DNA of 64,000 bases from the NCBI GenBank assembly GCA_008632985.1, contig QPGO01000132.1, positions 62,001 through 126,000 on the forward strand. Direction: 5' to 3'. The DNA is from Psammoneis japonica. Lineage: Eukaryota. Of the stretch, positions 24,998-38,079 are shown piece by piece. A model generated the notes under the pieces. That model did no database searches and was not told the origin of the DNA. It saw nothing but the letters and a program-made list of their open reading frames with translations. The position numbers were made by a program, and so were the translations under genes. Position 1 is the first letter of the stretch. Each line of letters begins with the position of its first letter.

Positions 24998-27693
24998 TCA
25001 CTGGTTACATATAATGCTTGCCCAACAATCTTGGCCAGGACGACAGTCATTTTTGGTTCTACAAGGATCACTACAGATTGCCTGAGCATCAGTCCAAGAG
25101 ACGCCACACCTTGACGCCGTCATTAGGTTGCTTGATGGACCTCTGGAAGAACAATCTTCCGACCCACAAGTCACCAAGTTTGCGTGGTTACAGGTCTGGA
25201 AGGATTCGTCAAAGAGTGTGCCTCTGGGACAAGGAATAGGTGATCCAGTCACAACTCCATTGACGCAATGATAGAACTGTGAGCACGAACCAAACGACTT
25301 GAGAGAAGTTTGACCACTCGCGCAACACATGCTAGGAGATCCCGAAGGTGGAGTTGGATGCGTTCGCGATATCGGTCGCTGTGAGTACTTTCTATATGGT
25401 GTTGGTTTGCGTGTTGGAGTAGGCGTGGGTTTCGGCGTTGGTTTGCTGGTGGGTTTTCTTGTTGGCTTTGGCGTGGGTTTTTGTGTTGGCTTACGAGTTG
25501 GCTTAGGTGTTGGATTCGGTGTGGGTCTCAGAGTTGGATTTGCCGTAGGTAGCCGTGTCGGATTTCCTGTTGGAGACATTGTCGGGCGTGCCGTTGGGGA
25601 CGTAGACGGCTCTCTGGATGGACTGGTGGTGGGTGAAAGTGTTGGGGGTAGTGTCGGTGACTGCGTAGGTGAAGGACTTGGGCTTTCCGTTGGTGACAGT
25701 GTCGGCGGAAACGATGGTGACGTTGTCGGCTTTGACGCAAAGTCCCTTGGTAGTGGAGTCGGCGACACGGTTGATGGAATTGTTGGCTGAGGCGATGGTG
25801 AGGCAGTTGGAGGACATCTTGCACAAGTAGCTGGGCAAGAAACAAATCCCGACGTGCTGTTACCGAACTTATCGGCACCCACAAGTTGACAACGTGTAGC
25901 TGGATTGACCTTTAAGTACTTGCACTTTTTTCTTCCTCCTTTCGGATTGATGAATATCCAGTCTTTATCATCACGACAGGCGCCACTGCTCTCCTCGGTT
26001 TTTCCCGTTGCTTGCGCAGGCTGGACCGTTCGTAGGTTGAGATTCATACCAAGCGTGACTACATCTTCAGCTTCAAAACTACCGCCCTTCTTAATCAGAT
26101 CACCATCGAAGTACACAGAGTAGCTTCCGTTGCCATATTGCAGCACATCCCGTCTGTTTCGGAATCCCTTATTGTAAACGTGTACACGTCTTGTGGCAAA
26201 CATAGCCGCTCCACATACGTCGTTAACTTGCGATAAGAGCCACCGGATCCCACTATCGCATTGTTCGAGTTTCTTATATTCCATGAAGTTTCTTCAGCCC
26301 ATTCGTCGGTGGTAAGTTCAAGCAGAAAGATGGTCTCGGAGCAGCCGAATGGAGTAGGGGAAAACGTTGGCGTTGCAGTATATTGCGAATCCTGAAAACA
26401 GCCTCCGATCGCTCCTTCTGACAGAGGCGTTGGAGATTTGTCACCGGCAATGCATCCCTCTTTGTTCAAAATGACAAAAGCATCTTTTGCTTGGACGACA
26501 CCGAAGCCCATCTCATGGCTGCACCCGACGCCATTGGCGGTTCGAATGAGCACATTGCGAATCTGATTATTCGAACACTCGGGAAAGTGCCCCCAAACCA
26601 GTGCCGCTACTCCAGCAACGTAGGGTGTTGCCATGGAAGTGCCACTCCAACTAGCGTATCCAAACTGCCGTCCGTTACCTGTAGTGACTGTGGAAACAAT
26701 ATCTACCCCCGGCCCTGCAATCTCCACTTGGTCATTGTACTGGGAGAATCCAGCAATTTTCATTTCCCTATCAACGGCTGCTACGGACATAACTTCTGGA
26801 TAGCTCGCAGGATACGAATACGTAGAATCTCCACGATTACCAGCTGCAGCCACTACGAGAATACCGTCATCATAGGCGCCTTGGCATGCCTTTCTAACAG
26901 ATTCACTGTAGTCTTCTCCACCGAGACTCATGCTTATGACATTTGCGCCGGCATCTATGCAGCTTTCAAAAGCATCAATCAAGTCCGATTCAGTCCCTTC
27001 TCCCTTGGCATCTAAACATTTGCCAATGTGGAACTTGAACGGGTTTGCATCTCCCATGACACCAACAACACCTTGATTATTCTTTGCAATGGCCCCGATT
27101 ACCCCGCAAGTATGTGAGCCATGACCATAAACATCTTGTCCCCAATACCCAGTCCGCGTGGAGCTTCCTGTAACACCTGAATCAATATTCGGTAAATCTG
27201 GATGTCCAAGGGCGTACCCACTGTCAATGACACAGATGGTTACCTCTGACGCATTTGGAATATTCCATAGCTGGGAGGCTTGTACCATGTCGATGCCATA
27301 TCCAACGGATTCTTGAAAGTTGTGAACGAGTTTTCGTCTGCCTTGAGGTAATGCACGTACACGGTGAACTGGTTCAACATATTCAATAAAGCGGCTTTTC
27401 GAAAGAACCCTCAGAGCGGTTCTGTTCAGTGGTCGCATGGTTAGAAGATTCTTCTTTGGATAATTCTTTTGAAATTTTCCATTCTTTGCCCAGCGCTTTG
27501 CAAGTCGTTTTCCTTTTTTGTTCTTGTACTTGACAAACAGGGATAGTTCTGCAGGTATTTGTATTCTTCCACCGAGAATGCCTTGGAGGTTTGCCTTGTC
27601 TTGTTTGCTCATGAGACTCGGAAACCCGCCATTTGCGTGGGGACAACAGCATGCAAGCAGCGACAAGCAATAAGCAACCGCATCGATGCGCAT
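24998..27693 (-). CDS. Secreted S8 subtilisin-like protease with Thr/Pro linker, CBM14-like chitin-binding module and Cys-rich C-terminus; frameshift near 26137
   Basis: Catalytic triad motifs VIDSG, HGSHTCG and GTSMATP. Signal peptide. The second ORF continues DGMCC-YGNGSY and carries CSQFYHCVNG..CPRGTLFD...CN. Confidence 0.88.
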
Positions 27694-28323
27694 GGCAACT
27701 TTGTATTAATTCAATAATGCTGTAGTCAACTTGAGCGCAACATGTGGTAGGGCCCTACTGTTTTTCATCAACAACTGCCGCGGTGTCTATCCATGCCGGC
27801 CATCTGGAGAAATTGTGAGGAGACTTGATTTAAGCCCATAAGAAATGACCGATAACGGCTTCGTAGCTTGGACATGCATTTCAGTATGACATGCTCGTAT
27901 GTTAATTTTACCCCTTTCGAGGAGAGCTGGGGGTTTTCAAACGTCAAATCATCCACGCGCAAAGCAGCGACTTATAAATCCTTGCAAAGCAGGACTTTGG
28001 AACAAACATACCGTACCAGCCTTCATTTTTCGAAACAAAAACAGTTCAAGGCCATGTCTGGCCCACGTTTGTTGAGACCAAGTACTACACACGATGGTCT
28101 CGGCGGGATCTGACTCCAGTTAGTACAATACAGCGTTGAATTTTCAAGAAAAATGTGTTCTAACGTATAACTCATGTAGATAATTATGGGTGCCATAATT
28201 CCGCAACTACAACTATTGTGGAATTCCCTCCACGGGCGCGCAAACGGATTCAATCTCGCAGAGCGCTCTTGGGGTAAAAAACAAGGTCTATTCTCCACAC
28301 TAGAACCACACAGTGCCTCTTCC

Positions 28324-29373
28324 CTAATACATATTGTACGCTTCACTTCCCGGCATGCGTGGCGACGTTGTCGTGGTAGCATACCCTTGTTGTTGCGGAT
28401 ACCCATACTCAAAGGTAGTGGGGGCGTGAGCAGCATAATCGGGTCCACGCTGCTGCGGTGTTTCTTGGGTCAGCACAGACTCCAACAAATTGTGTTGCTG
28501 ACAATACTCGAGCAAATCACGAGGTAACATTTCCTCCAATACCGGCATGGTAGTCTTGTCCCTGAAAAGAAAAAGAATTAGAAAAAGAAATAAAAATTAG
28601 AGTGAGTCAGTACACTTCAATCCATACTGCACGATTCAACTGTTTCTGGTACTTCACTCACATTCCAAGACGCTTCAAAATGGTATTGTCATCATTGATT
28701 TCAAAAGGCGCACTGAAGTCAAACATGACATCGGTCCGATCGGGTGACATTTTGCACTGAATGACAGCCGAGCTGTGCGTATTAACGACAATAAAGGGGA
28801 GCGGAATTTTTTCGTCTCCCGAGGATTGCGCTTCACGCGCTTGATTGTATTGCACAAGATTACGAAAACAAATCTGTTGCACCAACAACTCCCTCAAAGA
28901 CTCCCGCTTACGTTCCACTTCCGCACGACGAAAGGCTCCCTCCCGCTGCAGCATGTCTAGATCGTGATGGGCATTCGACGGCAGACCCTTCCAGCGGATC
29001 GTCTTTTTTTCTTTCGAAATGATATCCATCGCCATGAGGACATTGAGTGCGTCGTAGACGCGACGACGGATATTCTTTTCGTCATACGTTCCACGAGGTT
29101 GTCCGACACGTTCTGCCATGACGTCCTTGACTAAATCGTCGGCAACCTCATTGTACGTGGTTTCACCCCGTTGCTCCACCTTGCGACAAACCTTCATGGA
29201 AAAATGACGCAAACCCTTGCTGCTTTATCAATAGCGGGCGGTTTGGTGGCGGCTGCAGCTGATGCTGTGGCTGATGCTGTTGTTGTTTTGGTTTTGCGAC
29301 TGCGTTTGCTCGAGCCACCGGAAGCAGCAGCGGCGGCGGCACTGCGTTTGCGGTCTCCGGCAGGCGGCGCCAT
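28324..29373 (-). CDS. DP: E2F dimerisation partner (DP) transcription factor; intron ~28661-28563; frameshift near 29225
   Basis: KGLRHFSMKVCRKV, TTYNEVAD, NIRRRVYDALNVLMAMDII (DEF box), LPFIVVNT, FEINDD. Confidence 0.93.
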
Positions 29374-29939
29374 GGTGCTGTCTGTGCAAGTATGGGAGTA
29401 GACGTGCCAGAAATTTTCGGCCGCCCGCGCGGGTGTGTGCGCGCATTCTGATTGGTGAGCTCGGGACGTGGAATTGTACGTAAGCTCACTACCAGAAAAT
29501 TCGGAAAAAAGGCGTCATCGATGTGAATATGCTTTTATACGATTCTGTACTTTTGCATAAAATCTGGTCGTGGAATACTACCCAAACGGTCGAAACCGAT
29601 AGACAAAAATGTGTCATTTAAAAATCATTAATGTTTTTAGTTCTTTTAATACCTCAACGGATGAAAGTCTGGAGTTGAACGCCTCCAGTAGCGAATGTAT
29701 ATAAATATGGATTTATTCTGCCTGAACTTTATTATATTTCAATTTCATTATCGATAATTCTCTCTCTATTTCAGTTGAATCGCTTCCTTAGTCCAATATT
29801 GAAACCTACGAGTGTTAATACAAACGATACCATCCAAAATTTTCCACTCATTTTTTGCGACGCCAAATTTTTGGTGTGACCATACACAAGACCACCATCA
29901 ACGTTCTTTTTGAATGCATCATTCTTTAGGAGATAAACA

Positions 29940-30832
29940 ATGGGTATTTGGGGAAAGAGACGGCAATCAGGATTGGATTCCAAACTAAAAGATTATGATC
30001 ATTCGGTAGCCTTCACACTGGAATCGAACGATCAATTTACGCTACAAGTTCCAACTCCAAAACAACAACAACAGCTTGTCGGTGTAGATATTTCATCAAC
30101 ACATGCCAGTGCGTCGCATCATGGCCATCATGACGAAAAGGATGTCATTAGTACGGTTTCATCCATTACAAGCCATTCCAGTGACGGTTCATCATCATCC
30201 TCGTCGTCATGCTCTGTATCAACCTATACCTCATCTTCGTTGAATCAAGTCACGTCCAACGATTTGACCATGACTACTACCAAGCGACAAACTATAGTAC
30301 CGGAAAAGGAAACATGTTTTGCATCCTTTTAATGGATTTGTGTGGTTATGGTGGAGCCTCCGATTGGTGTCCAGCCTGTGCCGACGTGCAACCGACACCC
30401 TCCATGACGAGCGATTATGACGTCTTTGCACCACCCAGTCCAGACGATTATGATGTTTATGCTTCGTCGCCGTCCTCGCCGTGTTGTTCATGGCCAACCG
30501 CCGCTGAACATGACTTTGTACAAGAAATTCCTGTAAAAAAAGATAATGATGTGTATGCTGTCCAAGAAAAGGACAAGTATGCTGTCCATGACGACATTGA
30601 AAAGAAGGATCAACAACAACAAGTTCAACAACACAAGAGTCGAAAACACAAGCGACGACAACAACGGAAAAACAAGAAGAAAAAGAAAAAACACCAAGAC
30701 AAGGCAAACAAGGATGATCAAGCAGCTGCACCAAAATCATCCAAACCAAAGTCGAACGAAAAAAAGGGAAAACATGTCTTTCGATCCTTTCGCCGAAAAC
30801 GACCATCCTCTTCTGCTCCGCCTGCACAATAA
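29940..30832 (+). CDS. Hypothetical Ser-rich/Lys-rich protein, probable frameshift near 30325
   Basis: Two overlapping ORFs with coding-like low-complexity composition. Confidence 0.5.
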
Positions 30833-31712
30833 CTCGCTCATCTCATAACTACTTTATAATTTACACATGACAAACTGCTAGCACAATTACAAATGTCACT
30901 CTAAAGTCAAACGTCTCTCTAGAGGTTACTCCTGACTATCTACGACGAGCGAGCGGGAAAAAATTTCAAAACAGAGTTCAGGTAAAGCCTCTTGTCGTCA
31001 CGTGTGTATTCATTTTCCGTCTCCACTAGCTAGTGACCATATTGTCATGCATCCAGTTCCTCCACTGTTTCTGTACCTACAATAATTGTCGTTATCGTTT
31101 TGACCAATGCTAGCTGCTAGAGCACGTTCTTCCAATGTGAGCAAGGAAATACACTAAAGTGCGATGAGAGTCGGTTTCGCCAGTCACCGTCCCGTGTACA
31201 TTTTCCGTCTCCTCTGGTGACCATAATGTGAAGCTGGAACTACAGTACGGTACAAGCGCAATCCATCCGATAGAGTCTAATTGATAATTGTCAATGCTAC
31301 ATTTTTGGACTTTCTTCCAATCTTCCAATGAGCGGTTTCACCAATAATGCTTATAGGTCCTAGGATCTTGTGCTCCAATCACCGTGCATTCGAAAATAAT
31401 AAAAAAATTGCGCCAGCAACGAAGCAACTATGATACAGTCTGCAATCTGCAATGAGTTTGTGATGGAGAATGACATTTGCATGACGACCCCAGCAAATGA
31501 ATCTTTTGACGGGTTTCTCGTTGCCAGCGGTCTGCAGTTTTATTACCATTGCATCATCTCGGTGCACGATGATTTCGCGCATTCCGCAACGCTCTTGTCA
31601 TCAATTTTGTGTGGGCTCAACGGTCGAATCCCCTCCTTTTGTCCCTTTTCCTTTTAGCCGCCAGTGTTGGGAACAAAGGCCTTCTTGTTGGTGACTGTTT
31701 CCTCCATGTACA

Positions 31713-32854
31713 TTGGCACTGACGTTGATCGGTGGTTCCGAATCGAAAATGATAACTCCCCAAAGAAAGGCGCTAGCCCTCCTGGTCCTCCTATTGGCTG
31801 TACCAAAAATTCAGCAGAGTGCGCATGGCTTTCAGGTGTTGGTCAATCGTCGTAAAATAGCTCCTCTTGCTCCGATGGTTCGACCAATGACACAACTTGA
31901 CAATGAAGGAGCAGACAAGATAATAGACAACCAAGAGTTCAATAACAGTCAAAGCTTCCTTCGAAAGGCGGCGAGCTTTGTCAAGTTCAACATTGTAAAC
32001 AAAATATCGTGAAACAAAACGCCTTTGACTGTTGGGCTATTATTGGGGATGTTCCTTTCAACTCTTCTTCCCATCTCCAAACCAATGGATCCTGGTACGC
32101 AAAAGCTTCTCTCATCAGCTATTAATGTGTTTCCTCTCTGCTACATTGCTAGTCTTTTCAAGCCATTCGCGGTTGGCTTTTATGTCATGATTTCGACAAT
32201 GGTTTCGACTACGACAGAGGTTCTCAATTTGCTGCAAACGGCCTTGGACTACTTCTAGCTGAAGTGGATGATACACTTCCAAACGGAGAACTGCGAGAAA
32301 GAGATTTCCAAAAGCCCTTCTTTCTTCTCTATCGAAGCAATATCCCAATGAGCTCCGTGTATTCCGTTGCTACGGGCGGCCTGGTTGTGGAATCTCGGTT
32401 CAATTCTCTAAAGGAAGCACGACAACAGTTTGATGAGAAAAAGAGCAAACGTCATGGCTACGGCATTTGCGACATTACGGGGAAAATCGATCGGTACAAT
32501 GCTGCGTACACTATATCGTTCGCTCCAGCCTATTGCAAGAATGCGGTCGATCAATCGAGTCTGAAAACAAGAGAGGACGAGAAACGATTGCGAAGAAAGC
32601 CTCCTTTTTACCTTCTCTACAAGAGCAACGTGAGTCAAACATTGCAAGTGGAATCAAAGCACAGAAAACGAGAGGAGGCCAAGCAGGCCTACGACAGCGC
32701 AACGGCATTGTGGTCAAACTATGCAAACGCGTATGGTTTCTGCGACAGTGAAGGCAGTGTTATCGAAAACAATGGTCAGTTCACCGCCATGTTTGGTGAC
32801 ACGAAATCTTGTCAGCGAGCCATTGATTCATTCAACAGTAGAGCAAAACGTTAG
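31713..32854 (+). CDS. Hypothetical protein with an internally duplicated ~65-aa domain; 5' structure uncertain
   Basis: PFFLLYRSN...VESRF...YGICD..G and PFYLLYKSN...VESKH...YGFCD..G repeats in ORF 32264-32854. Upstream ORFs contain hydrophobic segments. Confidence 0.5.
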
Positions 32855-33565
32855 CTTTACAACGTCACTCGTCACTGGCGAATACGACAGAGCCTCGTTT
32901 CCCATCAGGCACTTGAGCTCGACTCGTAGCCAGAGAAAGCGAAGCTACGACGCTTCTATCAGTAGATTCTCAATCTCTACTAGCAAGAACTGTGTACAAT
33001 GTTGGCTGGGTCTTGTGTTTTACAGTCTTAGTATATCTCTCACTGTGGCGGCTGGTGTCCAAGCTTCCTCAACGACAGTCTAACCGTAAACCATCTTTGG
33101 TTGCGAGATAACATGAGGCGAGCGAACTTTCGAGCACGACTCCCAGCACAACACTCTGTCGAAACAACACATGGAACAAAACAGCCAAGCAACTTGATGT
33201 TGTTCACAGGTCGGATAATTGGCAAGCCATTCGATCGGGTCGAAGCAAACGGACCCCAAGGAACTAGACGAGAGTTGTGGGAAAACGACATCTGCGATTA
33301 TGTCAGAATACTCCCTACGTGGATTGCTGATTCAGCGGCCAATGTGGAGTGGCTCGACGTGTTCGACGCCATCATGAAGCATGCTTTCTTCAAAGGTACA
33401 AGAATCAAAGCATTGATTCCGAAGAAAACACAGTTGCCGCAGTTGTCTGACACCACCGACCTCACAAATGGATTAACGATCGATTCAAATATACCAACCA
33501 CAACTCCAGAATCCACTTTGTCAGTGGACTTGTCTTCATGTTGCAACCCGCGCTCTCGCCAGATA

Positions 33566-35083
33566 CTATTCCAATGTATTATTCTGGCAAGGAGGACTAA
33601 ATATTAAACCAGTACTTCTCCCTACCAAAGTACACCCGACGCCATAGATGAGGCGTTGTTCTCTTGATTCTAGTATAGCCCGAGTTTTCTTGAGAAAATT
33701 CAATACTGTATTCCGTTTAGAGCTTTGACGTCTACCGGTAAAATATCTTCTTCTTGAAGAACGAGCTGAAACGAGTAGCCTGATACCGCGCACGGTCTTC
33801 ATGCTTCTACCTTGACACTTGCTTGTTAATCTTCTCGTTCGCTTGCCACTTATCAGGATCCACCCATCCAACTCCTTTTCGACCTTCAAGTCTGTAAAGA
33901 AAGGTTCATACGCATCCATTACCATTTGCGCTTGCGGTGCAAGAATGCCACTCAATCCCAGAGCCCCCCCTGGCTTGACGAGTGACTTGAGGGTGGGAGC
34001 AAGCGTGACGAGCGGTGCTGCCAAAATGTTGGCAACGCAAGCGTCATAATATGGTCCGTTAAGATCAAGAGGCAAAATCTCGTTTTCCTCCACTTGCTTG
34101 GAATGCGCCTTGAGCAAGACGCTCTTGGATTCACTGTCGGACGTTTCTTCGAGCGGTGGCAGATAAGCTTGCATATTCAATTTATTTGTGGCTGCATTCG
34201 CATTGGCAATCCGCACCGCATCCGCATCGATATCCACACCCACCGCTGCAACCCGGTTGGATAAGGCACAGGCAGCCAAGCCTAATACGCCGGATCCAGA
34301 CCCGTAATCCATGAGTCTCAACTCATCCTTTTGCATTGGCATTACTTTTCGTTGAATCCATGACAAGCACAGTTGCGTCGTGGGGTGTTCTCCCGTACCA
34401 AAAGCGATACCTCCCTCCAATTGAAGCTCCACCATCATGCGCTCCTGTTGCTGTTCTGTCGAATGCTCTTGAATTGCTTCTCTTACATCCTCATCGGAAT
34501 GCCATGGAAATCTCAACACGAGTCCCGAAACGACAATTGGTTTCCAACTCGACTGAACATGAACGACCCAGTCTCGGTCTGGAACCTCTTGTACCGAAAA
34601 ATCCAGAGGAATGTTTAGCACCGTTCGGACAAGCTCCGCAACTCCTGTCAAATTCATGCTGGTTGGAAAATGAGCGGTTACGTTGCATCGATTCCATACA
34701 TTTCGTCCTACAGCCGCATCACCACAAATGACTGCAGCTCCTCCTTCCCATGGATCGTCATTGCCTGATGGTTCTTGATAAATGGCTTGTTCCAACGGAG
34801 TGTCACGATCCGCGTCTGTAATGGAGGTGGAACAGGCACCAATTTCCATGAGAAATTCACACAACAATTGTGGTTCCTTGGTCTTGTCTAAATTACAAAA
34901 CGTCATGGATCGTAGCGTAGAAGCGGAAATATCGTCTTGTTTGGCCGTGGTTTGTCGTGGAGTCAATATTATTCTCTTTTTTTGAAAGGTTGACATCAAA
35001 CCAAACGCGGCGGCCTCTACAGCGTGTTTTGTTGTGCTTGCCACAAAGAACAAAAATATATGAAACAAAGTATAAACCAACAT
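33566..35083 (-). CDS. prmA: Ribosomal protein L11 methyltransferase, probably plastid-targeted; 3' end uncertain
   Basis: AFGTGEHPTTQLC, DYGSGSGVL, GVDID, ANILA, LSGIL. Signal peptide followed by an AAAF cleavage-like motif. Confidence 0.9.
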   Translation of the reverse strand: MLVYTLFHIFLFFVASTTKHAVEAAAFGLMSTFQKKRIILTPRQTTAKQDDISASTLRSMTFCNLDKTKEPQLLCEFLMEIGACSTSITDADRDTPLEQAIYQEPSGNDDPWEGGAAVICGDAAVGRNVWNRCNVTAHFPTSMNLTGVAELVRTVLNIPLDFSVQEVPDRDWVVHVQSSWKPIVVSGLVLRFPWHSDEDVREAIQEHSTEQQQERMMVELQLEGGIAFGTGEHPTTQLCLSWIQRKVMPMQKDELRLMDYGSGSGVLGLAACALSNRVAAVGVDIDADAVRIANANAATNKLNMQAYLPPLEETSDSESKSVLLKAHSKQVEENEILPLDLNGPYYDACVANILAAPLVTLAPTLKSLVKPGGALGLSGILAPQAQMVMDAYEPFFTDLKVEKELDGWILISGKRTRRLTSKCQGRSMKTVRGIRLLVSARSSRRRYFTGRRQSSKRNTVLNFLKKTRAILESREQRLIYGVGCTLVGRSTGLIFSPPCQNNTLE

Positions 35084-35322
35084 CTTGCTGACTATTCGGT
35101 AAAACGTGCGGTGTGTCTTTGCTTTCTCGATGATCTTACACCACAAAATCCGAACGCGCGATCTTTCTGATGTTGCGCGGCAAGGTAGAAAAAACGGCAC
35201 AAAAAAGGCACCTTACAATGACTCCAACTCTTGACCATGGCGGTCATCCGTAAAGCGAAAACGATGGGAAAGGACGGTAACGGGAACACCAAGAAAACAA
35301 CTCTTGTTATTGACATCATCAA

Positions 35323-35440
35323 AAGAACAACACCCGGGATTCCAACGTGGTCCCCCACCGTAGTACTAACCGGGCCAGAAGATGCTTAACTTCGCTGAGC
35401 AGACGGGAAGCGGTGCTGTCATCTTTGTATGGTCGTTCCT
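35323..35440 (-). rRNA. 5S rRNA gene (copy 2), identical to copy 1
   Basis: Exact reverse complement of 13818-13935, with a TTTT terminator. Confidence 0.96.
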
Positions 35441-38079
35441 ACTTGCGAGAGCGAAATTTATTTATATGAAGGCTGTAGTTGCAAGTTACGGCACGTCTGG
35501 ACGCCGTTGAACAAAACACGAGACCCCTGCACTGCCTGCTGCTCAAGAGCCAGCAGCAGCTGGCCACTCTCTAGAGTGGAGAGCAGCTCCAGCAAGAGCA
35601 GAGAGTGGTTGCCAAAATGTCCAAAGGCTGCATTTTCATCTGGACGTGGTTCTGTTGAAAATTTCGGCACTGCAAAACACGCGCGGAAAAAGCCGAGCAC
35701 TGTGCTGTGTTGGCTCAAGAGAGGTTGGGCTGCCGCGTGCCTGCTCACATTCATCCAATCATCTCTTTTCATTCACACAGGTTCCAAATTTGGAACACCT
35801 CAATTTTGAGCAAGGAGCATCTTGTCTGCCAGCACATTGACTCTGAGAAGTCATCAGGAAACCTTGCAATGGATTCAGCTTCTTCTTGCCAGCTGAAAAT
35901 TGGTGCTTGGTTTTGCACGATGACAGCCTGCATGTGGGGCTCACATGGCTGTTGAAAAAACAAAAACAAAAGCAAAAAAAAAACAACATGCAGAAGCCAC
36001 ACCAGTTTCTGTGCACACTCATGAACAGACTCTAAGACATCAAAGAGCAGTGCACAGAATGTGAAAAAAAGAACACGCACATGAGTGTCTTGATGGAAAA
36101 TGGCGGCATGTTTTGCGCCCTTTCTTTTTTGGCCATGTGCCACTGTGCACCAGATTTTGTCTCTCCAAAAGCCAAGAAGAGCACACACACACCAGCCAGG
36201 CACCAGTTTGAAACTTTGTGTGCTCATGAAATGTTTGGCGAGTCAGTTGGCAGAGGAGTGCTGGCATCTCATGGTGATGCAGGCACCTTGACAAAAGAGA
36301 AGGTTGCCATGCTGTTGTGCAGATGACGTGCAATGTGATGTTGCAAATCATCAAAAGAAAAAGCAAGTGAGAGGATCAGTGTTCATTCTGAGGGCTTCTG
36401 TGCAGCACCAGGCATTCAAAATTTCTTGCATTTGTTGGTGGGTTGTTGGATGGCACAGAACAGCAAACACAGCAATCTGAAGTGTTGCAGCAACATCAAA
36501 GTTGATGCCCAAGCACAAGTGGGGCCTGTGAGCACACCAAAGAAGAGTCAGAGGAGGCAGCTGTTCTTCAACCACGCAACCTTCTTGGCTTTTTTGTTGA
36601 TGATTGTGAAAACAAGAAGCAATCTTGGGATCTCTGTTGGCAATCTGGCCAGGCCAACAGACCTCATTGAGGTTGTCAGGGAGGCATTGCAAAACTTGCA
36701 CAAGAAAGCTGTGAGGGCTCAACTGTCTGAACAACTTTGGCCCAATGGCGCCAGAGCAGTTGGGCAATTGCAGCCACACTCAAGCTGACTGAGAGGCATT
36801 CAAAACCTGTCAACAAAGCTTTCTTTGGCTGCTTCTGGCACACAACATTTCCACCAATGGAGAGCTGGAAGAGGAGTGTTGCAAGGACGTTGACACACTG
36901 ACACTGTTGCTGAAAAATCATGCAAAGGTGATGAGACAAGATGCAGAATGGGTTTGAGACATTTTGGTGAGAGGCAGCAAGAACAAAGCACTTCAAATTG
37001 ACTCTTGAAGGAAAACCACATGATGATGCAGTGCCAGAATGTGCTGTGCCATCATGCTGCAACTGTCTTTTCACCCAGCTGCAGAGCAAGGGATGCTGCT
37101 GGTGCAAGCATGCACAGATTGTTGCAGATCTGATGATGTCGACCAATGGAGCCCACCTTGGTCAAATCCCAAGAGATGCTGGTGCAAACATGTGCACAGA
37201 TCAGACTGATGATGTTGGCCAATGAAGCCCACCTTGGTCAAATCCCCAATTGGACAAAGAGAGTGCAAGGTGATTCCAGCTGCTCTGGCACCAAGGATGA
37301 TCTGATTGAGTTGCTGAAAATGACACATCTGATCCCTTGCATTTTGACTCAATGAGAGGTTGACATCCACTCCACTCACTTGCCAAGACACTGAAAAACA
37401 CACCAGATGCCAGGCAACAAAAGAACAAAATGCTGAGTTGCCACCTGTCAAGATTCAAAAATTGGCAAGATGCTGCACCATGCAAAGGACTTGGGGGCAG
37501 AGTGCTGGACAGATTTGTCTCCAATGCCAAGGAGTGCAAGGAAGGTGACACAATGCTTTGCAACATGCTGAAGAAGTCAGCACTCAAAGAGCAGCTGACA
37601 TTTCTGCATGTGGAGAACAACACCAGTGGCAGTGGATGCACTGCTGAATCAATTGACACAAGAGGAGGAAGAACAAAAAACAAAAGGGCAAGATGGCAAC
37701 AGCAACAGTCAGCCCAACAACACAAGAGACAGGCCCAGAAGAGCAGCCAGAGCAATGCTGTGGTGCATCACTCTCATGGCAAAATGGGGCACAAGTTCCC
37801 AGACTGCAAACATTGAAATGACATTGCTCGCAGTCATTGGCTCAAGAATGCCAGAAGGAAGCTGGGCATTGGGAGACAGAGTTGTGCACAGACATGAGTC
37901 AGGAATGATGACTGCTCACACATTGGTGGATGGCAACAACATGAGCATTGACGCCACTGGATCCAATCAGTCAACCCACTTGGGCTGGAGCAGGAGTGCT
38001 GCACGGCACGGGTCACAGCTGGTGAATGAAAAACTGGAAATGTGTGAGCCAGCAAGCCAACATTGGCATCAAGACAGCT

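Noticed and set aside
33101..33607. 168-aa ORF on the plus strand
   Set aside because: No recognisable motif, a non-ATG start and an overlap with the uncertain prmA 3' end. It cannot be supported as a gene.
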